Positions 12,772-26,600 of a DNA stretch of 64,000 bases are shown here, piece after piece (positions within the stretch are counted from its first letter, which is position 1; each line of letters begins with the position of its first letter). Location: assembly GCA_951406725.2 (NCBI GenBank), contig OX597843.1, forward strand, positions 18,104,001 to 18,168,000. Reading direction: 5' to 3'. Under the pieces are notes generated by a model. The model saw only the letters and a program-made list of their open reading frames with translations, was not told the origin of the DNA and did no database searches. The position numbers were made by a program, and so were the translations under genes. Source of the DNA: Octopus vulgaris. Its lineage: Eukaryota.

Positions 12772-14458
12772 TTTATTAATAAAGGTGCAAAGACATCATA
12801 AAAACTGTTACTCAGAGTTTCATGTTCCCGTTAGTCTTACAAATTAGACCAGCCTGGAAAGTGGAAGTAAAACGATGATTGACATATGTGCTTGTGTGTG
12901 TAGTCATCTTTCCTGTCCATCTTTTCCTTTCACATCCCTCTTTTCTCACCCATGCACCTTCCCTACTATTTCTCTTCTCTCTCCCCTTTAATATTTTTCA
13001 CGTGGCTTCTCTTTTCTTCACTTCAGATTAACGAGACAAATTCATGGGGTCTGACATATTTGATGGTTGCCTCTCAACTGGGCAACACTGATTTTGTAAA
13101 CTTCTTGATAGATTCTGGTGCTGATTTGGAAGTGAGGGACAAAGATGCTGATACAGCTTTACATTATGCTGTGTTTGGGTAAGTTAAGAATTATAGAAAT
13201 AAAATCTTCACATCTGTTTTGTTTCTAAATTTCTTCCAATTCCAGACATCTTAAATGTCCAAAGATGCCATGGCAGTGGCAGGGTTACAGGATGATAAAA
13301 ATGGTAACCAACAACATCTTTGCCTCAGTTTCTCCCTGAATCCTCTTCATTATTGAATCGTTAAACTTTTTTTTGAGATTTGTTGTCAAAACAAATTACT
13401 GTTTGCTTCGGAGATATTATTTGAGAGTCAGCAGCTCTTGAGATTGATGCTGTGTCATTCATTCTCGGCTTTTAATATTGATTTTGGAAAAATTGATCAA
13501 TTTTTCTCCAAATAATAATAATAATAATGAAATTATTGTATACAGTGCTCAGGTGCAGCACAACTTGTCAGAAAGTGCATATAAAGTACATGCAGTAATG
13601 AACAAATGTCTGGAAAGTGAACATGCTTGTGTGAGTATGGAGGGGAGAAAATCAAGTGTAGTGTTGGCAAATCTCAGGAAGCATGGAAGTTTTGAAGGAT
13701 GCAGTGCTCCGACAACTAACAACTGATGCTGGCAGTTTGTTCCACGCTTCAGCAATTCTCAGCGTGAAAAAATGTTTCCTGAAGTCATGGGAGCTGTGCT
13801 GTTTTCTGACTTTGTAAATATATCCACGGGTGTTAGATGGGTGGAGTTTGAAAAGGTGCTCAGTGTTATTGTTTGTGCGATGGTTGATAATTTTATGGGT
13901 GTCTGCCAAGTCAGCTGCCAGACGTCGGAGTTTCAATGTGTCCATGCCCAGGGAAGTAAGGCGTTCAGGATATGGCAAATGCCTGATGGAGGGTATTCTT
14001 TTGGTTGCACGTCGCTGAACAGCTTCCAGACAATTGATATCCTGGGCAAGATAGGGGTTCCAGACTGGTGATGCAAATTCCAGGTGAGGTCTTACCATAG
14101 CTATATAAAGCCGCAGATAGATAGCCGGAGAGCGGCTCACAAAGGATTTGGTGAGTGATGCCAAGACACCCTCACCCTTCTTGACAATTTTGAATATTTC
14201 CTTTCAACTCTGAAATGAGAAGAAAGATTCTATACTCTCTTTTACTCTCTCTTTTACTCTTTTACTTGTTTCAGTCATTTGACTGCGGTCATGCTAGAGC
14301 ACCGCCTTTTAGTCGAGCAAATCGACCCCAGGACTTATTCTTTGTAAGCCCAGGACTTAATCTATAGGTTTCTTTTGCCGAACCGCTAAGTAACGGGGAC
14401 ATAAACACACCAGCATCGGTTGTCAAGCAATGCTAGGGGGACAAACACATACACACAA

Positions 14459-14510
<52 letters not shown>

Positions 14511-15632
14511 GACAGGCTTCTTTCAGTTTCCGTCTACCAAATCCACTCACAAGGCATTGGTCGGCCCGGGGCTATAGCAGAAGACACTTGCCCAAGTGCC
14601 ACGCAGTGGGACTGAACCCGGAACCATGTGGTTGGTAAGCAAGCTACTTACCACACGGCCACTCCTGCGCCTATAATTTGTTCTGGCAGAAATAACAAAC
14701 AGAGATTATGTTGCCCCTCCATCTCCAACATACTCAACACACATGTAGTTGTATTGTGACCTGAACTCTGCCTCTTCAGATCCTCTCTGGAAATTGAATC
14801 ATTTTTTAAAGGGATTTTCTTATTTTTATAGCTTCCTCAGTCACAAATTTTTCTTGTCTTCTGCACACCCACATTTCAATCTAAATTTGGTGGCAAATTT
14901 TCACCACTTCACCAGAAGACAACACTTTCAAATAAATCATCATCATCATCATCATTGTTTGATGCCCATCTTTCATGCATGGATGGGTAGGACAGTCGGC
15001 AGGAGTCAGCCAAGTAGAAAAAAAATCTATCCAATTGGCTTCCTAATGCCGATCACTCTGAGAGTGTAGTGGGTGCTTTTTATGTGCCACCAGAAGGGGA
15101 GCCAGTTAGGTGACACTGGCATCGACCCCATTTGAATGGCACTGTGACATCATCAGTCATGCTTGAATGACAGTTTTTACATGCTGCCAGCACAAGTGGT
15201 ACTGGCATCGGCCCCGACTATATTTCATTGGACTCATCAGGTCTCCTCAAGCACAGTATATTGCCTGACAATTGAAATGTACTTTAAAAGAGGACGGTTC
15301 TGTGGCACTTGCATCAGTCACTTGGCTTACCGGGTCTTCTCCAAAGGTCTCAGTTGCTTGTCATTGCCTCTGTGAGGCCCCAACATTTAAAGATCATGAT
15401 ATATATATATATATATATATATAAGAGAAAGGGACAGGCAAAACAGGTTGCTTGACCGCATACCGAAAATGCCCGGAGTCAACTTTGATAGAAATAAGCA
15501 TTCTTGACTGCTATTTCATTTTTTATTGCAAGCTGTCCCTTTCTCTTATATACAATTATATACTGAAACATCGGCTTAAAGATACCAGTAAATAATTGGT
15601 TTTTTTTAAAAGCCTTTATGAAATTATTTACT

Positions 15633-15671
<39 letters not shown>

Positions 15672-15961
15672 TAGCAGTGCACCCCAGCATTGCCCGGGTG
15701 TTATGACCTACAGCCACATTATATTATTTATTCCTTTCTTCTGGGCAGAATCGGCACACAAGGTGCATGAAGCAGGTAATTCTTCTTTATAAACATGTTA
15801 TTTTTGCTCATTCTCTGATGAACAACACTGCAGTTTCCTTCTACTGAATTCAGTCACAAGTTTGTGGTTAGTGTAGGGCTCTAGGGGAAAGCAGTTGCCC
15901 GAATGTAGAACCGTGTGTTTGGGAAGCAAACGTCTTAACCACACAGTCATCCTTGCTCCTA

Positions 15962-15997
<36 letters not shown>

Positions 15998-18384
15998 ACA
16001 TTTGTTGTTAAATCAAGTATTGATAAATATCATTGAGGTAGTTGCCTCCCTTAGCTAAAGACCCCAAATTTGTGTGACCTGACCTCGTTTTTGATGTTAT
16101 TTTTGCAGTAAAAAAGAGTTGTTGTGCAAAAAACATACTTTTATTTGGTAGCCAAAAGATTGCTGAATCTTCTGATACCTCGTAAATCAAAATCAACAAC
16201 TCAGTTTTTGAATCCATAAGGAACACACACACACACACTAACTCTGTTTTATATATTAAGATATGTGCAGGTGTGTGGCTGTGTGGTAAGAAGCTTGCTT
16301 TCCAACCACATGGTTCCAGGTTCAATCTTACTGCATAGCACCTTGAGCAAGTTTCTTCTACTTGCGTTTAGCAGATGGCAACTGAAAAACCCATTGTATG
16401 TGTATATATTTATGGGAATTTGTCCCTCCCACTATCTTCTGACAACTGATGTTGGTGTGTTTACATTCCTGTAACTTAGCAGTTCAGCAAAAGAGACTAG
16501 TAGAATAAGTATAACGCTTACAAAGTATAAGTCCTGGGGTCGATTTCTTCGATTACAAAACCCTTTAATGTGGTGCTACAGCATGGTCGTAGTAAAATGA
16601 CAAACTTAAAAGAATAAAAAATGCGTAGACAGACAGGTTTGTATGTTTGATTTTTTTGACATATTGAACAAGAATGTTCAATATTTAATGTAATTATGTC
16701 AATTTTATACATTCAGAGGTCATTGTGATGTGGTGGCCCTCATAGTCTCCAAGGGTGCCAATGTTAACAGACAAGACAAGTCTGGCAACACACCTCTCCA
16801 TTATGCTGTAGAGAAGAACTATGAAGATGTGATGGAAATCATATTAAACACAGAAGCAACTCAGGTTAGTACTCACACACACACACACACACATACACAC
16901 ACATATACTATTGGCCAAAAGTTTGGGACCACCCTGAAATTTTTCACTATGTTCATAAAATTTCTGTGTTTGGAGAATCCAATTAGCCGATTCTATATTA
17001 TTTCAAATCATTATGCAAGTTTCTCTATAAGTATCGAAAATTAATCTTGTATAAGCTGTGGACATTGCTCTTGCATAGAAACCCAGATCCTTTTGCTGAA
17101 AATGCCAAAGCATTGAAGGCCCCTTTTGTTGACCCTGGCTGTGTTTGAATTTGCATCTGTGAACTTAATAGAAGAGAAAAGTACTTTTTTCTAAACTCTG
17201 GAGTAAACACTGACCCAGTTTTCTTCTTTCATTTTCAGTCTGTGATTCAATTTCTGCTGATACAACAACCCTTACTGTATTTATTAAGATCTCATAATTT
17301 TGATTTATTCTCGTAAACCCGAGTTCCAGAAAATGGCAAGAACCAAACAGATTAATATTGAAAACAAGAGCTCAAGTTGAAATTCTTTCAAAAGAAGAAT
17401 ATTCTGAATGCCATATTGCTAGAAAATGGGATTGATCAAAAAACGATGTGCGTCATGGCCGGAAACGACTTGGTGACACTGGCTCAGATCTTGTCAGGGA
17501 AAGATCCGGTCGGCCCAGAGTAACATCTACTGCAGAGGATTGGCACTTGATTCTGTTCAGGAAAAGGAATAGAAGCAAAACAGGTCTGGAACTAAGCATT
17601 GAATTGAATTCTATGCGACAACATCCGATTTCTCTTGGGAGAAGACTTCAGTGTTTGTCAGAGGAATGAGTGAAAGTTGCATTGTTCCACCTGTAAGGGA
17701 TGGTGGTGGATCTTTGGTGATTTGGGGATGCTTTAGAGGTGAGATTGCTGGAGACCTTGTCAAAATTAAAGGCATAATGCAAAGGGAAGACTTTTATTCA
17801 CTATTGTAGACGCATGCAATTTCCTCTGGGGGTCGCATTATTGGATAGAATTTTGTTTTTCAACAAGATAATGATCCAAAAGACAGCTCTAAATTGTGCA
17901 GAGATTCTTTAAAACCAAAGGAAAATAAAAGAATTTTGCAAATTATGACCAGGAACTCTCAGTCTTTAGATCTTTCGCCAGTTGGACTGGTCTGGGACGA
18001 AATTTATTGTAAAGTTCCAAATGAAATGCCTAAGAATGAGCAAGAGTTGTTTAAAGGGTTTTACAGACTGCTTGGAAATCACTTCTGATAAAATACTTTT
18101 ACAAGTCACAAGAAAGAATGCCAAGAAACTACTCCACAGGAATAGAAACTCATGGGGATTTCTTTGGAAATAAAATATGAGTTTTGTTCAGTTTTGTTCT
18201 GTGATTATACTCTGTTGATTTTGGGTTAAATTATTGTATAATTGGATGCAAAGATAGGAAAAATAAAATTGTTTCTTCAAAAATATAAAACTTATTTTCT
18301 TTGCTTTAGAGGAAAATTTCACAGTGGTCCAAACTTTTGGCCGGTAGTGTATACACACACACACACACACACACACATTATTTA

Positions 18385-18438
<54 letters not shown>

Positions 18439-21400
18439 CTCATCATCATTTAGCATCTGTTGTCCATGCTGGCATGGGTTGAATCGTTTGGCCAGGGCTG
18501 GCAAGGCTGGAAGGCTGCACCTGACTCCAATCTGATTTGGCATGGTTTCTACAGTTGGATGCCCTTCCTAACGCCAACCACTCTGAGAGTGTAATGGGTG
18601 CCTTTATGTGCCCCCAACACAGGCATCGTACAGTCTGCTTTTCATTCTGAGCTAGGTGCTCTCTGAACTTTGCCCGGCCTATTCTTATTCTGGCATCTAT
18701 GCTCTCTGATCATCCACCTCCTCTGCTGATTTGCTCACTCAGACAACAGAGTTATCAACTGCTAGGTTAAAGGCAATTGATGGAGTCTATTTTCTGTACA
18801 TTTCTAGTGTTTATTGTACCTGTACATCTGTCAATCAGACTATTTTTTTCCCTGTTAACCTTCCTTTAATATTGCTGTGCCTCTTTATGTCCATAGCTTA
18901 CACCAGGTATACCTCATGGCGTTTCTACTTACCCCTCTTCTACTGATTGAGTAGGGCCATCTACCCGAAGGGATTTGTTATTTGTCCTACTTACCAAGAC
19001 TGGTTTTTGCTAGGTTATCTCTAAGGCTCTTCAATTCTAGACCTTGCTTCCATACCTGGAACTTCTTCTCTAGTTCTGGCAGTGATTCTGGATGGCACTG
19101 CATAGTACCAAAGAACCCAGCTTCTCCATCTTGAATAAGGACCCAGTACTGTAACAGCTTGGGTTTTAAGGGAGAACAGCTGTTCAATAAACAACCTCAG
19201 GGATTTGCGAGATGGAGATGTGAAGGTCTTCAAGGAGGATCTGGGTAAGTTTTTGAGATCCCAGATGAACCCTCATTGAGGAAGGAGGCCCCAATAAGAG
19301 CAGTTGCATCCAACTTGCTACTTCACCAGAAACTGCACAGAAAAAAAACCCAGTCACACTAAAAGGTGATGCTCCAGCATGGCCTCAGACTCTGAATGAA
19401 CCCAAATAAAGAACGCATGTGCGCACATGAGTTTGTACATTACTGTTAAGGGTGTGGACACTAATTAACACACAGCTGTTTTATGAAACCCTTATTAATT
19501 AATAAAGCAACATCAAAAGTATACATTAGAAATTATAATTCTTCTTTATTAAACTTGATCTGCTAATCATGTGTTCACTCTTGTTCAAGTCCCCTAAAAC
19601 TTACTATAGTAAGGGATAAAGGTAGATCAGGCTGAACCCGATTTGTTTAGGACATCTTTATTGAGGGACCATATGGAAGGTCCACTTCACTGACACACAT
19701 CAAATGCACACGATCAGTTTAATCAAGTCCCCAGTAGAAGACACAAACGATACATTGATCTTCATCCTGACTTTATGTAAATTTTCTTTCTCTATTCTTT
19801 TTACCTCTGTAAAGAGTCATGTGGAAGTGGATATCAGGAACAGTAACAAAACAACACCATTGCTCCAAGCCATCTCTGGCGGTCACCTCGGAATGATCCG
19901 CAAGTTACTTTCTCGTGGCGCAGATATAAACGCTGTCGATAATGATGATAACAACTGTCTGCACTTCGCTGTGAGGAAAGAAGTGTTTCATTCTGAGGGT
20001 GAAGCCTTAGGCATTTTAGATGAGGTAAGTTTTAAAATTGTTTGTAAATATTTGTGAGACAGACAGACAGACAATGTTTGTCATGTCTCAATTCACAGCC
20101 ATCAAACCCCACCTCCTTTTAGCATTAAGTAATCCAGTCTTTCTTGATAACCCTACATATATAGTAACTAACAAATTTCCCTTTCCTTCCACCCTCAAAA
20201 GCGTGGTCCCCCTCCACTGCCGTGGTGGAAACCGGTCACCAATTTTGACCACTTAAACACAGCCATCACAGTGTGAAGGAGAGGTGACCTGTTGAAGAGA
20301 GGAGATATTATTCCTGGATAGCAATGATACAGGGTAGAGGAGAGGTCTGTGTAACAGAACAGATGACAACCATTATAAGGCAATTGCCATGATAAATACA
20401 TCCAGTCCATTCTGTGAAGGATTCTGACTGAAACAGCTCCCTGTCACACTTCACCTTCATCATCCTAAAATGCTTTTTTTATTAATTCTGGAATCATTAT
20501 CGACATGCTTGGCTACGTCTGTGTGATGTTGCTTGTCTGATGTCTGAAGAAATTGCTGTGTTTCAGCCGGTCTCTCTCTCTTCTGATATAACATACATGC
20601 TTTGTTGTCATGTTACATTTATATACACAATACTCCCCGATCCCTATTTCTCTTGCTGTGGCCAGTTGGCTTTTTTCGAGCCCCATGTATAGATAAGTTC
20701 TTGTTGGTTTGTTGTGATATTTGTTCCTTTATATTTCCTATTTTTGACTTGATTCTATGATTTTGCTTATAATGTCTATATTTTTTGGTAATTCTGTAAT
20801 CACCCTTTTATGTTTCATTGTTTGTAGTGCTGTGCTATGCTTGAATTGGGAAAGAATGCCAGGCTCTCCGGCGCAGTAATAGCTACTTACCTGGCTCTGC
20901 AGGGAGCCAACTTTTACCATAAAAATTGCAATAATGCGACCCCGTTGGACCTTGTTATGAACCCAGATTTGAAAGAAAAATTTAAATCCCTTTTCCCATC
21001 ACTGTAAGTATTCCCTAGCAAAGTCAAAACAAATCAGTGAATTTTCTATTTTGTACATAATCATGTTTATATGCCTGTTTAGTTTTTATTCTACCAATAC
21101 ATTATACTTCACTAGTGTCTTGAGCAAAGGCCACACAACATCATTTAGCGTCCGCTTTCCATGCTAGCATGGGTTGGACGGTTCAACTGGGGTCTGTGAA
21201 GCTGGAAGGCTTCGTCAGGCCCAGTCAGATCTGGCAGTGTTTCTACGGCTGGATGCCCTTCCTAATGCCAACCACTCCGTGAGTGTAGTGGGTGCTTTTT
21301 ACGTGCCACCCGCACAGGTGCCAGACAGAGCTGGCAAACGGCCATGAACGGATGGTGCTTTTACGTGTCACCAGCACGGGGGCCAGGCAAGGCTGGCAAC

Positions 21401-23639
21401 GGACACGAACGGATGGTGCTTTTACGTGCCACCGACACGGGGGCCAGACAGAGCTGGCAAACGGCCACAAATGGATGGTGCTTTTACGTGTCACCGGCAT
21501 GGGGGCTAGACAGGGCGGCGCCGGCAACGACCACGATCAGATGGTTCAGTTAACCACAGCTGCAATTCCCACTGATGTTGATCGACCTCAATTTTGGTTC
21601 TGCTTTCTGATATATGATTTGATTTGGTTTGATTTTGATTGTTCTCACTGGTCTTGCCGGGTCTTCTCGCGCACAGCATACCTCCATAGGTCTCGGTCTC
21701 TGGTCATTTCCTTGGTGAGACCTAAAGTTCGAAGGTCGTGCTTCACCACCTCGACCCAGGTTTTCCTGGGTCTACCTCTTCCACAGGTCCCCTCAACTGC
21801 CAGGTCACCTAGGTAGCGGAAGCTATCAACTACTTCTATTTTTTCTCCCTGAAACGTGATAGAAGTTGGTCTCTGCATATTTTCAGAGTTTATTGCTCCT
21901 GAGCATCTGCCACAGATAAAAACTATTTTCCTAGTTAGTCTTCCTTTGACATTACTACATCTCTTATGTGTCCATAGCTTACATTTGGTGCATCTTATAG
22001 AGTTTCTACCTACGCCTTTTCTACAGATCGAGCAAGGCCATCTACCTGAAGGCGTTTGTGATTGGTCTACCTTCCTACATATTAGGACTTTGGTTTTGGA
22101 TAGGTTGATTCTAAAGCCCTTCGATTCTAATCCTTGCTTCCACACCTGAAACTTCTCCTCCAGTTCTGATAGAGACTCAGCAATTAGAGCAAGGTCATCA
22201 GCATAGAGGAGCTCCCAGGGGCATCCTGTCTTGAATTCCTCCGTTATTGCCTGGAGGACTATGATAAATAGGAGGGGACTGAGGACTAAGAACACTAAAT
22301 AGAAAATGGAGTTGATAGATGAAACAAAGAACATCTATTTTGATTATATTCACATGACTGGTTCTGTTGACAGATATACCTCACACACCACCACTCCGAC
22401 CTTCGACCTACGTCTCTCAGTTGCCTGTCTTAAAGGAAACTGTGGTACTAAATAACGAAGGGAATGAACATGTTTTGGCATTGTCGTTTCGAAGTCAGTG
22501 GAATTTGTCTGTCTGTGCCAATCAGTCACCACAAGTTACGAGAAAATGTTTGGAGATCAATGACTTCTTCAGATATACCAAGAACAATTACATCATGCGT
22601 GGCAGACAGCATGGCTTACTCTATAAACCTGGATTCAGCTATAACTAGGGGCAGGTTTAAGAGCAGGGGATTATCTTTCACTGTGCAATTCTGTTAGCAT
22701 TTTTTGCTTTAATATCTGTTACATCAAATTTCCAAAATTTTCCTGTGGAAGGGTTGTGTTTGTTTGACAACAATAGTTGGAAAGGACGCAGGGGTCAGGC
22801 ACTGAAAGGACCAGTTTGTTAGTTGCACCATTTGCTATATTCCACCCATCATAAAACCATTGTCTACCTTTTATTGGACTGGGATCATCAGGATGTTAGT
22901 GGTACATTGAAGGCAGATAGAAGCATGACATTTACTGCAATCAACTCATCAATTTCCAAAAGAGTTCTCTGATTTTCTACATACATACGATTCTTAGGGC
23001 ATTGTTCTGTTTTAGAATTGTGACCTGTTATGTTACATATTGTTCATCCATACAAGATGCCATGACAATTGTACCCTGTCTGTCCATCCATACAATTCAA
23101 AATAAAATGTCTAAATACTGATCACTTGTTAAACAGATCAAATTCAAAAAGTGTTTTTAATACACACAACAGAAGAGTGTATATACAAATAGACCTATAT
23201 TTGTTGAGAAGAATTGAGGTCTATGTTCGAAGTGAGATTTCTGGAATGTATGGAGTTCATTGTTTCTGTGAACTGCATACATATAGACCAGTTTTTGTTA
23301 CGTATCAGAGTCAAGACATATTTGTCTATATATATATATGTATATATGTGGAGGCGCAATGGCCCAGTGGTTAGGGCAGCGGACTCGCGGTTTCGATTCC
23401 CAGACCAGGCGTTGTGAGTGTTTATTGAGCGAAAACACTTAAAGCTCCACGAGGCTCCGACAGGGGGTGGTGATCCCTGCTGTACTCTTTCGCCACAACT
23501 TTCTCTCACTCTTTCTTCTGCTGGCCAGCTCGCTTAGCCAGAGGGGTGGCGTCATTTGAAGGTTAAAACAATGCGAAGCGCATTGTGACCAGCGATGTGT
23601 AGCAACTTCTGACAGCCTGGTCGGTCATGTGATCACGTG

Positions 23640-23675
<36 letters not shown>

Positions 23676-26600
23676 ATAGTGGTTGGAGCATTGGGCTCCC
23701 AATCAGGAGGTACTGAGTTCGATTCCTGGATCAGGCTGTGTGTTGTGTTCTTGGGCAAGACACTTTATTTCATGTTGCTACAGTTCACTCAGCTCAGGAA
23801 TTGAGTTGCATTGTCACTGGTGCCGAGCTGTGTCAGCCCCTTTTGCCATTTTCCCTGGATAACATCAGTGGAGAGGGGGAGGCTGGTATGCATGGGCGAC
23901 TGCTGGTCTTCCATAAACAACCATGCGTGGACTTTCTAGATTCAGGGAACTTTCTAGGTTCAGCTCCATGGTCATTGATGACTAAGGGGCCGTGTCTTTA
24001 CCCTTTACCCCTTCCCTCCCTATGTTCTCTGTGGCACTTTATACGCACAAATCTGTGTGTATATAATTATTTAAAGAGGACTTTGTGATGTAGTCTTACT
24101 GGTAACTGTCATGTCTCGTAATATTCACTACTGTCATATTTATGATAAATGAATCGCATTAGAGCCTGGTGCAGCCTTCCAGTGTGCCAGCCCAGTCAAA
24201 CCGTCCAACCCATACCAGCATAGATAATGGACGTTAAGGGATGAGATAATGATTATGAATGTTATTGATGAGATGTTTGTATCTTGTTCCACAGATGTCT
24301 GTTTTGTGAAGAGAAAGTGTCCACACTGAAATGCCAATCCTGTGGACAGATGGTGATCTGTGAGGAATGTGGTACCGAACCTAACTCTACATGTCTTGAA
24401 TGTCAGCAACCCACAACTAGAGAAAGTGGAATTGGTAAGACTACTATTTCATCCTGTTTGTCTCATTGGCCCAGGTCTGTCGTAATCTGGCAGATTTATG
24501 AATAAAAACTGTTCCATTTGTCTTTGTGATGGTGTATCTATCACAACATCCACTAAACATTGTCTTCATCCAGTTACAAGACTCGTCACACTTTAAGAGG
24601 GTATTGTCTGCAAAATATGACTAATGAATGATACTGAAAGATAAATGGTGACTAACTGAAATATCAATAAATCTCTCTGGTTCTGTTTGTGGTCAATTAT
24701 GAGTGACTAATGATTTATTAGTATTTTGTGAATCTGGTCATTAGAGACAATGGTACTTATAAGAATGTCAGTCATCTTTGGAGATTCAATGACAAAATCT
24801 CAACTGATTTTTATGGAACGACATTGCAGAGTTTCACCGTTGAATTATTTGTTCTCGTTGTTATTTGGTGAAAGGTGGTTTAGTAGAAAGTGTTTTAGCA
24901 AAGTATTATTGAATGAAAATAAACTAAAGTTAAGTTCTTTTGGCAGAAATTTGCGAGTAAAGCAAACTTAATTTGAAAGGAATCATTTCATTGGTTGAAA
25001 AGTATATAGCTGAAGCCATCTTGGTTTTTGACTGAAAATTATTCCAAAAGTTTGTTTCTGGACACTTCTAGAAATCTTCAATGAAAGTTATAAAAACCAC
25101 AATTTTTCTCTGTTTTTTAGTGACATTTACGCTGTCCTCACAAAGCAATCTCACTCACAACCTTGCATGTCTCGGAGTGTTGAAATGTCTCTCACACTAA
25201 TGTAATAGACATGGCATATTTCTCTTTTATGACTTGAAGTCATTTATCTAAACTTTTTCTTTGAGAATACCTTGATGAATTAGGGATTCTAATTCTTGTC
25301 CTCTCTTCACGATAAATTATCTGTAGCGAAAAAAGACAACTTGAAAATGTTTTTCATTACATTGCTTTGGTTTAATCTCCAAGAGAACAGTTTGAGATTA
25401 CTCCTGGTATTATATTTTGCAATTGTAATTATTTGTCTCTATAAAATTATTAATCAAAATAATGCAGCTTTGATCTTTTTCCTTTGATAATGGTCGTTCT
25501 ATTAACTCCTTCCAGTTGCAAGAGAAAGCCACGGAAGAAAAATATTTATACGTCACATACAACATATCTATTCAACATATTCAGTTTGTTTTCAATTAAA
25601 ACCTTGCCGAGATGTTGCACCAAGACCCATTATTAACCGATCTTGATAGTTGAACTGTTGACCCCCTTAGAAACCATTTATCTAGTTCAGTTAAAGTGGC
25701 ATCAATAGTTCCAGTATGTTTTTGCAAAGTTGTCCTCCAGAAATTCTCCATAATTTGTCATCTTATGAAGAACTCCAATAATTACAATACTCTGATGTTT
25801 GATATGTGATGTTGTCCCTTATTAAGGTGTGAACCCAGAATGTCTTGGGTTAGACTACGTTTTGTGGTAGTAGAGAAAATAATTTCTCTAACAATACTGT
25901 AGCAACATCTGATAGCCTGGTCGGTCATGTGATCACGTGATATATATATATGTGTGTGTGTGTATAGTGGTTGGAGCATTGGGCTCACAATCAGGAGGTA
26001 GTGAGTTCGATTCCTGGACCGGGCTGTGTGTTGTGTTCTTGGGCAAGACACTTTATTTCACGCTGCCAGTTCACTCATATGTTTACATTGAAACCAATTA
26101 TTAAGGTTAACATTTAAAAAATACACAGACTGGAATAACATATGCGTACCAGGCGTGACTTGAACTCCCAATTCCTTGTTGGTGACTCTAATGTTTGAGT
26201 AACATTTACCAGATCCCTACAGACATTCTTAGACTCCCACTTGTTGCCTTCTTGATGATATTAATGCTAATAGAGGTAAGGTCTTCAGAGTGTTTCACCT
26301 TTTGGTTTTACTTCTGACTTGATTATCCTGTTCAAAGCAGATTATGAAACTTGGTCGTTGTTATTTGACCAAGTAAAGACATTTTTATTAGTATTTGGCA
26401 CTGAACTTGGTAACAATTTTGTTTGGTTGCTCATGGGACTACCATATTATTATTTATGCTGAGACACAATCATATTCATTTTAATGAGGGTCACATGTTC
26501 TTCACTTGGATTATGATATAATCCATATAGATTATCTAGTATTGCACCACCAAGCACAGTGGTAGTGTATCACATATACACCCCATTAACATGATAATTA

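Noticed and set aside
12803-12836. - strand GAAA-CTC-T-GAG-TA, resembling hammerhead stem III
   Set aside because: The CUGANGA half of the core is missing; at best a truncated relic
22690-23290. - strand coding-like relic (WFYDGWNIANGATNKLVLSVPD), possibly a DNA transposase
   Set aside because: Too degraded to assign a family by eye
25516-25551. Possible 36-nt phase 1-1 linker exon (VARESHGRKIFI) between the RING and death domain
   Set aside because: The acceptor is good (ttccag) and the frame is preserved, but the donor gtcaca is non-consensus; it cannot be supported without RNA data
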